A stretch of 63,953 nucleotides of DNA, filler included, from Licmophora abbreviata (GCA_900291995.1; 10 parts of 10 records of this genome joined end to end with filler, not necessarily neighbours in it); one strand, 5' to 3'; shown: positions 24,414-37,017, counted from the whole stretch's first letter. The notes: generated from the letters alone by a model not told the origin. Numbers and translations are program-made.

Positions 24414-24862
24414 TCCTTGTAAGTCGCTTCGCATATGTTGCCGAGTGAGCACCAGGTACGCAGAAAAGCAAAGAGCTTTTTTTTTTAAGAAAGAAAGCAC
24501 TCGACGACGAATTTGTAACATAGTTGCCGTAGTGCATATCATACATGAAGAATGGCGTTGAATACGAAAGTTGATTGTGCCATCGATCTATTGGCCGAAT
24601 CATCCTCTTGCACCAGTTTGGTGCCGGACAGTGAACTGGTTTCGTCTTGATATGCTCTCGATACAGGAACCCGCACTGAAACTCCCCACTCTCGGTTGTC
24701 TCTTCTCCCCTCTCGGGATACTGATAACACCGCCGGTCGTCACGTATCAGATATCAGATACTTCCATCTCGTAATTGTGACGCCCATTGACAAGACGTAC
24801 CATGACATGACACCATAAGAGAGGACAGCTTCTACCACAAGCTTGGTCCTTGTTCTGTCCCT

Positions 24863-25645
24863 TCAAGCCATCCTGAAGTCTTCGTGAGGTTGCATTCGCT
24901 CCGATCGCTCCGGATGACGCCATCTCCAGTTCGTTGCCACATTCCCGTGGAAGACAATTTCAACCAGCCCACAATTTGGAAAGTCATGGCGACGAAAGTA
25001 AGTTGCATCCCACCCAAATGCAGTACAGAGTAGAGCTTGGCCGAGCGTTCCATGGCAGACGAGCAACGTCGTAGATAAGAAGCTTCGGCCGAAATGGTCA
25101 TCGGAGCTGGTATTGGTATTGAACACCTTAGTATCATTCACCGTTCGGAGGGTATCCCATACTTGTTCGGCGCGTCTCCAAGTTTCTAAAATAGGCTTCC
25201 GTCCGGACACAACAAATGAGTCCGCGTCGCCTTTGACCCAAGCTTGATAGGCCTCGGGGTGTTGCTCTTTCAGATCCGTCGTGCACTGTCCTTCCCAGGA
25301 GTACAAGTCAATCTCCCTCAGCGTCCGTAGCACGGTGTGCGTTGACGGTATTCGACCAGGCAAGGCATGCTTCCTCACGATCGACAACGTATCTTGCGCC
25401 CGCGTCAATGGAGACACAAAGACTTGATCTACGACGGTACAGCACTGATGACGATGCTGGCTGCTGGTACCAAACATGGAAGACCCAACGGACGCTGCTT
25501 GATATCGGCCTCGCGCGGTAAGTCGAGAAAAGTCCAAAGAGCCTTGGATTGTACCGGAAGCATTTGCGTCCGTCTCTCCATGTCGCAATATGAAATAACG
25601 ACGATGGGCAAGTGCTGATGAAGGTGGAATCCGCGGGGATGGCAT
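24863..25645 (-). CDS. Histidine phosphatase superfamily protein (phosphoglycerate mutase-like)
   Basis: RHGET motif, SPLTRAQDT, LREIDLYSWEG, LLVCHG, NCG. Confidence 0.9.
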   Translation of the reverse strand: MPSPRIPPSSALAHRRYFILRHGETDANASGTIQGSLDFSRLTARGRYQAASVGSSMFGTSSQHRHQCCTVVDQVFVSPLTRAQDTLSIVRKHALPGRIPSTHTVLRTLREIDLYSWEGQCTTDLKEQHPEAYQAWVKGDADSFVVSGRKPILETWRRAEQVWDTLRTVNDTKVFNTNTSSDDHFGRSFLSTTLLVCHGTLGQALLCTAFGWDATYFRRHDFPNCGLVEIVFHGNVATNWRWRHPERSERMQPHEDFRMA

Positions 25646-25971
25646 TGTGATGCTATCAAAATGGAAAGTGAAAACTTGCACCTGCCGGCGGGGACGCGTT
25701 GTGATGGCGAACGGATGATACTTTTTGGCTCTTCTAGTCTACTCGTACAACGCGTGAAAGCATCGATAGATGGTACCAGGCACTGTGCAACAACGGTACC
25801 AGGTACCCCTGAAATGAGACCAGTCCATGAACTCAAAGATAGAAAGAGAGGCATTCACGCTCGTCTACCGCAACACTATAATGTTTACCTCGCTACAGTC
25901 GCCCCTAGCAACAACTGTGCTAGTATATTGGCTAACTGTACCGTAGCAGGTACGTTAGGAAGCTCTATACT

Positions 25972-26448
25972 CTACAAGTCTTCCCTCGTATTAACACTTT
26001 CCATGACCTTCTCAATCTCTTGCAGGTCTTTGAGTGACATTTCATTCGCGCTTCCACCCATTCCAACCTTGATTCCCTTGGCCGTAAGACTTTCCATAAT
26101 GCGCCTCTTTTCTGGATCCTGAACATCCGAATAATCTGCTTTCATATGCCTGTCAAGCCACTCCTTTTCCGCCTTGGACTTGGGTCTCTTTTCCGGATGA
26201 ATCTTCCACCACTCTTCGAGTGCATTGGAATCGTAGGCGATCTCCTGAAGCTCATCCTTGGTCATACTCGTCTTGTAGGGGATAGCCAGCTCATGAAAGA
26301 TCTTTTTCAGTTGCGAAGTCGTTTTCATACGAATCGCGCGATTCTTCTCCTCTTCGGTCATCGAGAGAGTCCCCTCTTCCTCGGAGGAGACGAACAAGAA
26401 GAGAAACAATAGCAAAAGAATCGGCGGTCGTATCATCATCATCTTCAT
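25972..26448 (-). CDS. Small hypothetical ER-lumen protein
   Basis: Hydrophobic signal peptide (IRPPILLLLFLFLFVSS), charged helical body, C-terminal REDL (KDEL-like retention signal). Confidence 0.6.
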   Translation of the reverse strand: MKMMMIRPPILLLLFLFLFVSSEEEGTLSMTEEEKNRAIRMKTTSQLKKIFHELAIPYKTSMTKDELQEIAYDSNALEEWWKIHPEKRPKSKAEKEWLDRHMKADYSDVQDPEKRRIMESLTAKGIKVGMGGSANEMSLKDLQEIEKVMESVNTREDL

Positions 26449-26969
26449 GTTTGGTTTGTCGTGTTCGTCTTCTCTTGGCTTGTGGTGATGGAAAAGACGA
26501 GTTGAGTCAAAGGAGTCCAAGAAAACCAAACTGACCGCCGACGATGATGAGAGGTGTCGCCGTCGCTGTGCGGAAAAGGCTCATCTTACCGCCCCTCGCC
26601 TTCGTTGCTATAGTGCAGAAGCAGAAAGGGAGTAAAGGCATGTGTGGATGTCTCGTCCTTTGTTTTGATTGTGTAAAAAATTCGATTGATGTGATCAGCC
26701 CCACCGCCGTTCTTGGTTCCGCCCGTGATCGAAGATTCATCCTAGTTTTGTCAACTAGAGTAACCTTCAGCACCCAGAAACCAACCCATGTTCTCGTCAA
26801 AGCATCGAACTTCTCTACACATTGTTGAACATTGGACGCGTCGAATAGGGTTCGGAGAAGGCACTGAGGAGCGAAGCATCAGGCAGCGGCCATACTGGTA
26901 CGACCTGCTATGTGTTATGGTGTTACCGGTAAAGATTCTACGTATCATAGACTACCACCAGTTGCATGC

Positions 26970-27046
26970 TTCCGACTCTCGCTTACCCCCGGTTAAATCG
27001 CGCCAAATGTTCCGACTCTCGCTTACCCCCGGTTAACCGCGCCAAA
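26970..27046. repeat. Two-copy 40-bp tandem repeat upstream of the NYN gene
   Basis: TTCCGACTCTCGCTTACCCCCGGTTAA..CGCGCCAAA at 26970 and 27010. Confidence 0.9.
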
Positions 27047-27246
27047 ACTAGAAATGCAAGGGGAATCTGCGAAGACAGACCTTTCTTTGGCGGGCGTTCT
27101 CCTTTGTACTGAGCTCTACAGCGCACGAAAATTTGAAGAGCCAATGCAAATCTCCCGAGGGAACATCATGTAGACCTACCAGGTGCAAGCGCAGAAGGGG
27201 GTGACGATGAACTTGCGCATCTCGCGTTTGCGTCATTCCCACTACC

Positions 27247-29339
27247 ATGATGACCGCCTCTTCGTTCGAAGAGTGGGTAACGTCGGAGTCGCAGCCGCCG
27301 CCAATACAGCGCTTTGCGGACCGGCTCGTGGACCTCGGCGCCTCATGGGATTCCTTTCGACGTGAGCAGGTAGATGTTGTGAACGATCTGGTCGCGGGCG
27401 GCATTCCGATTCTAGCCGCTCAGGATATCGTGAGGATCGTCTCGCAGGCAGCTGCCTTGGCTCAGTCCCCGCTTGCTATTTTCTGGGACCTAGAGAACAT
27501 GCCGGTCCCACAAGCAAGAAACATAAGAGTCGCTGTCGCTCGACTCAAGTCCATCCTTACCCCACACGGAAATCTCGTTCAGTTTCGAGGCTACGCAAGC
27601 CTTGGACTTGGCCATATTCCAAAAGACAAGCGCTCCGACCTACAACTCTCAGGCTGCCATCTCGTAGATTGCACTCACCACGGCCGCAGGGAGGTTGCAG
27701 ACAAGATGATCATTGTTGATGCAATGCAGTTTGCCTTTGAGCATCCCGCAAGCGCGACACTTTGTTTCATTGCTCCCGATGCGGATTACGCATACCTTCG
27801 GGAAGCCATTCAACGACCCCAGTGGAGGACGATTGTCATTTCCAAGAGAACTGTGGAGTCCATGCTGTATGTAAACTGCGACGTGAAGCCGTGTTGGGCA
27901 ACGGATATTCTCCGACTTGAGTCATCCCAGGGCACAGGAGATACCGGTGCACCGAGGCAGGTCACCGACCGGCCGACTCGAGATTCAGCACACCAAGAAA
28001 AGGCCTACGCAGCAACGCCTGGCCCGATGCCGGTCCACCTGTCCTTGAACTGGAGGGTACAGGATCGGAAGGTACCGTTGAACTGGACAAAAAGAGCATG
28101 GCATCGTTTGAGTCGCTGACTGTCGGGAAAGGCTTTGCCAACGACATGGAGCTGCTAAGGACAGTGATACGCGACGCGGCCCTCAAAAACACTCATTACG
28201 AGTCCATACCTCCAGGATTTGCTAGGAAGGCCGACGTCGGCAATGCCCTTCGTCTTACAAACCCTAATCGTTTCCCGGATCGGGATGCGATCCAGAACTT
28301 CTTGATTAAAGCAATCGGATCTGGAACGGTGACGGAAATGGGCACCGGTGCTTTCAAGGCGTTGCGGCTTTCTTCCGCCGCTCCTATCCCTCCGATTTTG
28401 CTCTCTGATCCATCCCAGTTGCCAGATGAAGCAATCAATGCCATGTCGGCCAAGATCATTTCAGTAGCGCACGTTCGTTCCTTCATTCTTTTTGTTGAAT
28501 GGAGACTTTGTCATAAAGGCACCGCGTTTCCGGATAAGACGTTTGTTCAAGCTTGTGGGCCATGGGCGGCCTTGATGTTCCAAACGTTGGTCCAGGCACA
28601 TCGAGTGATTCGTCAGGCCTCATGGTTGAGCAATGGAACCCTTGTTGACTGGCGTAGACGAATTAGAGTACCGGTAGGCGAAAGTCGTTCTTTCACTGCC
28701 TCTGCGACACAGACAGAGGCTCAACTGTTCGACGGCGCGGCCACGGTAGTGGCCATGTTGAAAACAATGGAAACGAACGATGACTTCTACATGCCGGAGC
28801 GAAAGGTCGAGGAGCAGCTCGTTCTGGGATTTCCCGACGAGTGTCCCCATCAGAGCGTCGCAGCAGCATGGATCTCCGCCGCCATTGGAGAAGGATCCAT
28901 TTTCCGGTTTATCAGGCTCGAGCCAATGCTCTGCCTTCTCGAGCTTTCTGAACAAGCTTTGCTCCCCCTCCCTCCAAACGACACGGACTTTCAGAAGGAG
29001 GAAGACTACGTCGTGAAACTCTTGCTTCAAACTAAACAAGGATGGATGCCCCGGAAAGAGGTCATTTCTCGTCTCAAGGACGAGTTTTTGAGCATGGAGA
29101 AGCCAGGTATGCGTATTAGAATGTTTCTCAAGGCGAGAAAATGGAAAAGATTCTTTGTCGCGAAAGGCAGCTTTGGTCAGATTGTTGGCATCGACTCGCA
29201 AGTGGCGTTTGCCGCTTTGCCAAAGCGACCCGACAATGATTGGACAAGTGCAAAAGCAGCGTTTTGTAGTGAAAACGATAAAAAGACCCATCCGCTGGAG
29301 AGCAAAAAGATCGCTCTGCCGGACAGCGACAGAGATGTC
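27247..29339 (+). pseudogene. NYN-domain (LabA/MARF1/Limkain-b1-like) protein with one frameshift; 3' end runs into a spacer
   Basis: AIFWDLENMPVP, REVADKMIIVDAMQFA, TLCFIAPDADYAYL. ORFs 27247..28119 and 28098.. overlap in different frames with no convincing intron. May be an assembly indel rather than a true pseudogene. Confidence 0.6.
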
Positions 29340-30042
29340 NNNNNNNNNNNNNNNNNNNNNNNNNNNNNNNNNNNNNNNNNNNNTTAATTAATTAANNNNN
29401 NNNNNNNNNNNNNNNNNNNNNNNNNNNNNNNNNNNNNNNCGGGCCAGGGGCCGGAAAATTCAAAGAAGCGGCGGCAACGTGCAACACCAAGGAGAGAAGA
29501 AGAAAGCGGAACGGGTTCATAGTGACGGTATGATACCATGGTGCAGTACAGGAGAACCGATACAGTGTTACACAGTGAAGACGACACAGCAGCACGGAAC
29601 CGCCGCATCCGGCTTGTTCGAGTGAGTCGATTCATTCACAGTATCATACTATACGTACGCGTACGAGTAGTATAGTCTCGGTCTGTCACTCGTCCACAAA
29701 CGGTCGGGCTCGCTTCGGATGGTGTCTATTCATCAATCACTGTCGGTTCAGACATCAGTCACGCTTCGCACTCACCCTGCGTCTGAACACGCACTCTTTG
29801 TTCACGAGTCCAAAAGAAGATTGTGTGCGATACTCGCAAGACAACAACACCTTGTCATAGTATTCACAACAAGTAGGTTCATCACTCTGCTCCCTTCGCC
29901 GTAGTCCGGTACTCGACCGTGATCCTATCCTTGGACATACCGGTACACAAGCACACAGGGGATCCATCGCAACTTGTCGTTGCTCATCACATCATCGTCA
30001 GTCGTCATATCCTGCTCCTCCTCGATTGATCGCTCCAATTCA

Positions 30043-31197
30043 ATGGTAACCATGATGGCGCGATCGTCTCACCAGCAAACACCTTCTTGTCCTCGTTGTC
30101 TTCGCTGCTGCACTCCATCACATACCCACCGACAAAGACCAACAATTACCATTCTTACTACGACCATCATGCTGGTCTTGTGCGGAAACCTACTTCGCTT
30201 TCATCCATTTGTTGTCGTCTGTAGCCACAAGGGAGGCCAACAGAGCAAAAGCACAACGCAGAATACAGACCATGACGATTATCGAAGTAGAAATGATCAT
30301 GGCTCGAGTATTGTTCAGGTGGAAACGCCGACTCTTCTCCCCTCCAGTACTACGATGAACAATGAGACGAACGCTTCGGCCCTATTCATCAACGCCACCA
30401 CCACCACTACCAACAAAGAGGATGTCATTATTGATTCCTTCTTTTTCATACACCAACCAAAGACGGGATCGTCCCTCTTGACGCTGCTGAGGAATCGATT
30501 GTCAGCTTGTCAGTTTAAGGATTTTACTTGCCTCGGTCAATTAGGAGGAGGTTTTCCAGCCAGAATGTCAAGAGATGGCAAAGATCACTTCCCTTTCCCT
30601 ACATCCATGCTGACGAATCTATCCTCTGCAGAAGCAAAGGTCGAGAACACTTGCAAAGGTGCTTTGGACAATTGTGGATTTGGTGCTCATTTTCACTGCA
30701 TGTATCGAACTTGCAAAGACAGACCCAACAAGGTCACCATGTTTCGAGAGCCACACAGATGGTTCAAAAGTGCACTGGAGTGGGAATGGCTCAACTACGT
30801 TACACGAGAGAAAAAAGTTCCATTGCCGCTTCCGACTCAGATGTTGTACATGACGGATGAGCAAAGCAACGTGTCCAGGGCAATAGAGATTATTCAAGAA
30901 GACTATCTGTTTTTCGGTATCACGGACTATTGGGAAACTACAGTGTGCCTGTTTCATTGTGAGCTCGGAGGTGAGGCATTCGAAAGCGAGTTTCGTAACG
31001 ACAGGCGGGGAGACAATGCGCTACTCATGACGCCCGATGACGTTGCGACGAATCATCCAACGCCGAATGATCTCGTGCCCAACAGGACCGCATATGTGGA
31101 GGATCACTACCGCATGGATCTGGAGCTATACGATCGACTGCTGGTTGTCTTTTGGGAGCGAGCCAACAAATGTGGTTGCAGGACTGATAAAAAGTAG
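30043..31197 (+). CDS. Golgi-type sulfotransferase family protein
   Basis: N-terminal TM segment and S/T-rich stem. 5'-PSB motif FFFIHQPKTGSS, 3'-PB motif TMFREPHRWFKS, FFGITDYWETTVCLF, DLELY. Confidence 0.8.
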   Translation: MVTMMARSSHQQTPSCPRCLRCCTPSHTHRQRPTITILTTTIMLVLCGNLLRFHPFVVVCSHKGGQQSKSTTQNTDHDDYRSRNDHGSSIVQVETPTLLPSSTTMNNETNASALFINATTTTTNKEDVIIDSFFFIHQPKTGSSLLTLLRNRLSACQFKDFTCLGQLGGGFPARMSRDGKDHFPFPTSMLTNLSSAEAKVENTCKGALDNCGFGAHFHCMYRTCKDRPNKVTMFREPHRWFKSALEWEWLNYVTREKKVPLPLPTQMLYMTDEQSNVSRAIEIIQEDYLFFGITDYWETTVCLFHCELGGEAFESEFRNDRRGDNALLMTPDDVATNHPTPNDLVPNRTAYVEDHYRMDLELYDRLLVVFWERANKCGCRTDKK

Positions 31198-31297
31198 GTG
31201 TATCCGGCAAACAGGCCACCTCACGCTCTCCCATTCTACTTTATATTCTAAGGATCTATTATCTACGAGAACACATCAGAGAACTTGACGAAAGTAG

Positions 31298-33191
31298 CTA
31301 AGAAAGCTCCGCCCTCGCGTTGGGCAAGCGCTGGTAGCCCTGAGCAGGTCGTCTTATAAAGAGCACAGCAGCCAAGATAAAGCCAACCAAGGCGGATACT
31401 GCCATCAAGCCAGCCTTTTCCCAATATTCTGCGCCGGCGCTGTTACCAATCGCTGGGTCACGGAACAGCTCTGACGATTCGTTGACCAGCAATTCATCCT
31501 CCACCATGGATGGATCCGATGGCTTCTTCGTGTCAAGCGCTTCAATACGAATCATGGGAGCCTCCTCGTCCAGGAAGCTCTGATTCTCAAGGAAGCGCAG
31601 AAGGAGATCATAAGCTTGCACGGGAACATTGTAGGGTACCATATGGCCACTATTGTACACGACGACAAACGAAAGGCTCTTGTGTTCCTTGGCCCAACCG
31701 GCAGGATAGTCATTGACCTTCCAGAGTCCACGAGGAGCGTCCAACCAATCCCCCTTGCCACTCCAGTCCATCTCGTTCAACGTCAGTTCCTGTCCCACCA
31801 TGTTGGTCGTCATGTCACGATCACCATTGTACACCAAAACGGGAATCCCTTCGTCGAGAAGCTCGGCAATATAGGGGACCACCGACAGAGGCCTATCATT
31901 GTCCATGTAGAGTTGACGATGCTGCATGAGACGACGACGGCCTTCCCCCGCTTGACAGCCATGCCAGAAGTGCCCCGTCGGCGGCACATGCAAGGCCTCC
32001 TTGACTTGTGGGCTGTTGTAGAACGCCTCGGACGTGAAGGTGACTTGATCCACATTGGGGTCCCACGTGGTCATATCGTACGCATTCGGATTCCCAGCAG
32101 CCTCCAGGATGCCCCACATGATGCCACAGTCATCCTGCACGTTGAAGGGATGAAAGGGCGGAGGTTCAATACTATCATTAGCATTAGTAGTACTCCGAGT
32201 CATGCAATTTTCGAATTCGGTGTGGAGCGCATCTCGCGTGGGCTTGTCAATGGCACCGTGCCACCAGCTGTAGTCGATGGTGGCCGGACCTTGAATCTTG
32301 GGATCGACCCAGCCGTTGCCAATGGCGGCGCCAGCCAAGGGAACTCGGAAGCGGTTCTTGGGCTGTTGATGTTTGTTGGCGTTGTGAATGAAGCGAGCAA
32401 TGGATGGGACAAACATGCCGGCGTAACTTTAAGAACGAGAAGAGAGTGAGGAACAGTAAGAGAGAGAGCGTCGAAAGCAGGCAGCACGTGTGATCTCTTG
32501 CCACAACACACAACAATGGTAGGCATGCACAGCACGCAATCATTTCCTTACACACCTTTCTCCCATGACATAGAACTTGCTCGTTTGCAAATCCGCAAAG
32601 ACCTTGTAAAAGTTCTGAAGAAAGGCATCTAGATCCGCACTCGCCTCTTGTTCCGTCTGAGGGTAGGGATGTCCAAAGCTGAATCCCGTCCCAATCGGGT
32701 GTTCGACATAGAGCATGGTCGTCCCTCGCGTCCAGGCGTGTTTGTTGACTTGCAGGTTGGGCGTCGGTTGGAGACAACAGTAGCCCGCGGGATGGAGGGG
32801 CTGCGTGACGGGCGAGTGTTCCATCATGACTCCACAGTTAAAGGAAGAGCAGCCACTGAACACGTATGGCAAGGATGGATGAACGAGGATGGTGAGGGAG
32901 CGAGAACGATAGTCTCTAGTAAACAATGATGGTACACTATCGTACGTACGGTCCTCCGTTGAGCCAGAGCACAAGAGTGTCGTTGACCGCCTGTTTGTGG
33001 GGTTGAAAGAGCCAAAACATGGTCATTCCCTTGCGCGTGCCGTGCGACGACGGCAACATGCCGGCGTACATGAGGCCTTCAAAGGCGGCGTAGGCGGGCT
33101 GAATCTGTTCCAGTCCATGCACTCGAAAGTCTTCCGGGGAAGAAGTTGTGTGAGTAAAGTTGGAGAGGAGTTCGTCGAGAAGAGAAGTCAT
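31298..33191 (-). CDS. Serine carboxypeptidase S10, Kex1-like with C-terminal membrane anchor
   Basis: Introns 32949-32856 and 32555-32427 give WLNGGPGCSS and the catalytic GESYAG. Also YVEHPIGTGFS, IGNGW, YNGDRD, SGHMVP, a C-terminal TM and a GYQRL tail. Start codon uncertain. Confidence 0.9.
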
Positions 33192-33576
33192 TGTAGTGTG
33201 TGTGTAGAGAGAGATGGATGCTGTGATGGGTCTGCAAATCAACTACTCGTAGTATTAGAGATGGATTCGATTGATTCTCAGTGTCAAAGTTGTGATGAAA
33301 GTACAAATTGAAAGTTGGTTGTGTGATGAGAAAAAGATGATGACAAGGCCGTCAGAAAACTGCAAGCGGACGTCTCCTGAAAACACAAATTCTGACGTGT
33401 CATGACGTTAGACGCTAGAGACGAGTCGAGTAAGTCGTGTCTTGCGCGCTCTCAACACACGACGCGCACTGCTTTGACGCGGACCACATCGACCATGATG
33501 ATGATGCCGATGACACACATCCGTCGGATTATCCATCACATGACGTGACATCATACAGTAGTTACAATCCTCATTG

Positions 33577-35124
33577 ATGATGACGACGATGCGTGACTGC
33601 TGGATTACTGCCATACGAATGCTGTGGGTCGTACTAGCGCAAGGACGAGCGACAGGACTCTGTACTGCAGCAGCTGAGGAACAACAAGAACAAGTACGGC
33701 ATCCGCAACAGCAGCATCGCACCCTCGTGGTGAATGGCAAGGATGCAGCGAGAGGTCGATATCCCTACTTTGTGGCACTCGGTCACAATACAGGTGCCGG
33801 TGCTTTGATTGCTCCTGACATTGTTCTTTCGGCAGGACACTGTCTGTACGTATAAAGTGGCTTACTGTGTCTGCACAGAACCAAGGAGCGTGTGATGCAA
33901 CTATGACTCACGGCCTCTCACATCTCTTGCTTTCTATTCTCATTAGACCCACCAAGGAAAGCACGACAACGTTCCCGCTTCGCATAGGGGCATACAACTT
34001 CAATACTACTAGTAATAGCAATACCACGCAAGACTTGCTTCACATTGTCCATGCGGTCCGTCATCCTGACTTTGAACGACTGGGCGACGACGAGTTTCAA
34101 CACGACTTTGTACTCTTCAAGCTGAACAAGCCAGTCAGCACGAGTGCCATAGTAGTCAAACTCAATCGAAAGGATCGTCTTCCACTCCTGGGACAAGCCT
34201 TGACGGTGATGGGACTCGGGGTGACGAGTCAGGATCCCGCTAAAACTACGAGGCCCACTGTACTGCAGGAAGCCACGTTGAAGGCTATTTCCAATGACGA
34301 ATGCAGTCAATCCAAGGATCGGAAACGGAAGGAGACCTACCAACATCGGATTGTTCCCACGCACCTCTGTACGACGGGGGGACCCCACAACCAACGAGAT
34401 GCCTGGTACGTGTCACTGTTTTTGTATTGATTCTACTGCTACTATCCTAGTCTTATTGGAGTTTCTGCGTTCCTCTCGAGAAAAAAAACAACGCCTACTC
34501 ACGTGAATGTATGGTTCTTCACTCACAGCGCCTATGACAGTGGAGGACCAATTGTGATTCCTGGAGCGTCTGCCAAGGACGATCTACTAGTAGCATTGGT
34601 GTCGTGGGGGGAACTGTGCGGAGATCCTGACTTTCCAGGTATGAAAGTATGGAAAAAAACCCTATGTTTTTTCGTGTGGCCCTTGTTGCATTATTTTGTG
34701 GTATAGACTCGTCATTCTCATTATTCTCTCTCTGTATATTATATGATAATACAATACTGCTGCGCAACAACACCAAGGAGTCAACTCACGAGTCAGCGAA
34801 GTAAGCGATTGGATCGATGCTACCGTCTGTGCCATGTCGGAAGCGCCTCCCGCCGAGTTTTGTGCTCCTCCACCCCTCCGACTGCGGTATGCTTGTTCCT
34901 TGATTGTGGTCGCTTTCTTCGTGGTGGTGATGATGGTGAGACGAACGAAAGGTGTGTCCTCCACCAGTGATGATGATGATGATGATGATGAGGGGTCTGC
35001 CTCGTTGTTGGCCGAGAAGGAAGACCTCTATCGCTCGGATTCGTTATCGTCGTCCAGTGAATACAATTCCATTGAGGTGGTGAAAAGCACGGAACAACTA
35101 TACAAGGGGGATACGGCATACTAA
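33577..35124 (+). CDS. Trypsin-like (S1A) serine protease with C-terminal transmembrane segment
   Basis: Introns 33846-33946, 34406-34528, 34639-34777. Signal peptide, RTL|VVNG activation site, LSAGHC, DFVLFKL, RDACAYDSGGP, VSWG, TM LIVVAFFVVVMMV, acidic tail. Confidence 0.9.
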
Positions 35125-35832
35125 CAATTAGTATGTAGGACAAAGCATAATCTAGTACCGGTACGTTTACAATGACTACTTCGACATTGTGTTTGTCCCA
35201 AAGGCTGCCAACACCAATGATGATGGGTGCAATTATAGAGGACGGCAAAGAATTGGATGGTGAGATGGCTGATGATGGTGGACGGCGGCTCTGTTTGGAT
35301 CTTATGTTGTCTTGACGATGGTCTGTACGAGTAAACGTCGTCGTCGTAATGGTCTGTGATTGACAACGCTACGCTTGTTGCAAGAAGTTTGAACTATCCG
35401 CTCGAGTCCCGGATATGACGTCATACAGGTGCCGAACATTAAAATGGGTTGGCCCTCCTCTCGACAGGCAAGGAACGCAAGTGATTTCTCTCCCACTCCC
35501 ACATCTTGTTCCTCTCTTTACCTTCTGCATGATGTATTGTAGGAATGAGAAGTACCGGCGGAGACAACAAGGAGGAAGGATTGTGAGATTCACAGCAGTC
35601 CCGGATGCGAGAACTTTGCAAGTAGAAATCTACGTGACCTCCCGTAGGACAGAAAGATACCTTGCGCGCGCAGAGTTAGCCTGCTGTCGTGCGATGATGA
35701 GGTTTGAGTTCTGAGTTCTCGCTGCGGTTCTCGTGCGAAAATTTCAAACTCTCGATTCATTCATTCCCGCTACAAACGAGAAAGAGCAAGGATCCTCGTC
35801 CTACTTTCTCTCTTCCTTTGCTACTTCACAGA

Positions 35833-37017
35833 ATGGTTCTCGGAAACTTGTTGGGAAGCCTGAGTCCGGGCAAGGCCCGCAGTCAGGGCGTTCCCGGCTT
35901 TCAATCGACGGCAGGAGCGAACTGCCTCGTCACTGGCAGCACAGGCCTGTGCGGTGCCCGACTGGTCGAAATGCTGCTCGAACGAGGCGCTTCCACGGTC
36001 ATTTGCTTTGATATTTGCGCCCCAAACGAAGTTTTGAAGAAACGGTTTGCAGGAATTGAGAAAACGACCAAAGGAAAGCTCATTGTTCTATCGGGAACCG
36101 AGGGGGATCTTACCAACAAGGCGGCGGTGGACAAGGCCTTTCAGACGGTCAACAAGATTGATGTGTGCTATCACATTGCTGCCTTGGTGGGACCCTTCCA
36201 CGACCGCGACAAGTACACAAAGGTCAACTTTGACGGAACTATCAACATTATTGAAGCTTGCAAGAAGTACAAGGTTCCCAAACTAGTCAATTCCTCCTCT
36301 CCCAGTACGCGTTTTACCGGTGCTGACATTGAGGGCCTCCGCGAAGACGAGCTGCCCATTCCCGATACGTTCATGGCGCTTTACGCTGAAACCAAGGCGT
36401 ACGCGGAAAAAGAAGTGACGAAAGCCTGCTGCGACGAACTCCTTACCGTCTCAGTGGCACCGCATCAAGTCTACGGCCCGCACGATTCCCTGTTCTTTCC
36501 CAAACTGATGGAAACCTCCGGCAATGGCCGTCTCAGGATCTTTGGAAAGGGCGACAGCAAAATTAGCGTCTGCTATGTGGACAACTACTGCCATGGACTC
36601 ATGTGTGGTGCCGACGCGCTCCACGATAAGTCTCCTGCCCTCGGCAAATTTTATATAATCACGGACGAAGATCCCCAGTACTTTTGGAAAATCATCAATC
36701 AGGCTGGGCTAGCCATGGGCTTTGAAAACTTGGAGTCCAAACTGCACCTGCCCGTGACCTTTTTGTATGCCGTCGCCTACGTGTGCAACGTCTTGGGCTG
36801 GATTATGGGCAAAAAGTTCAAGTTGAATCCCTTCAATGTGCGCATGCTGACCATGCACCGGTACTTTTCTATTGAAAACGCCAAGCGGGACTTGAAGTAC
36901 GTGCCGCAGTATGAGTTTGAGAGTGCGTGGGTTTCGACGATTGACTGGTTCAAGGCGAATTGGCTTCCTGGATTTTTGGAGGAGACGGGGCGTTCGAGCG
37001 ACAAGAAGACGGATTAA
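35833..37017 (+). CDS. 3-beta-hydroxysteroid dehydrogenase / sterol-4-alpha-carboxylate 3-dehydrogenase (NSDHL/ERG26-like)
   Basis: TGSTGLCG Rossmann motif, YAETK catalytic motif, VYGPHD, YVDNYCHG, GKFYIITD, AKRDLKY, C-terminal KKTD ER-retrieval signal. Confidence 0.9.
   Translation: MVLGNLLGSLSPGKARSQGVPGFQSTAGANCLVTGSTGLCGARLVEMLLERGASTVICFDICAPNEVLKKRFAGIEKTTKGKLIVLSGTEGDLTNKAAVDKAFQTVNKIDVCYHIAALVGPFHDRDKYTKVNFDGTINIIEACKKYKVPKLVNSSSPSTRFTGADIEGLREDELPIPDTFMALYAETKAYAEKEVTKACCDELLTVSVAPHQVYGPHDSLFFPKLMETSGNGRLRIFGKGDSKISVCYVDNYCHGLMCGADALHDKSPALGKFYIITDEDPQYFWKIINQAGLAMGFENLESKLHLPVTFLYAVAYVCNVLGWIMGKKFKLNPFNVRMLTMHRYFSIENAKRDLKYVPQYEFESAWVSTIDWFKANWLPGFLEETGRSSDKKTD

Noticed and set aside
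26500..26950. Short ORFs between the REDL gene and the NYN gene
   Set aside because: No motifs or consistent exon structure. Treated as intergenic.
26970..27046. 40-bp (and 26-bp at 37653) repeats considered as CRISPR-like
   Set aside because: Only two adjacent copies, no spacers, no cas genes, eukaryotic context.
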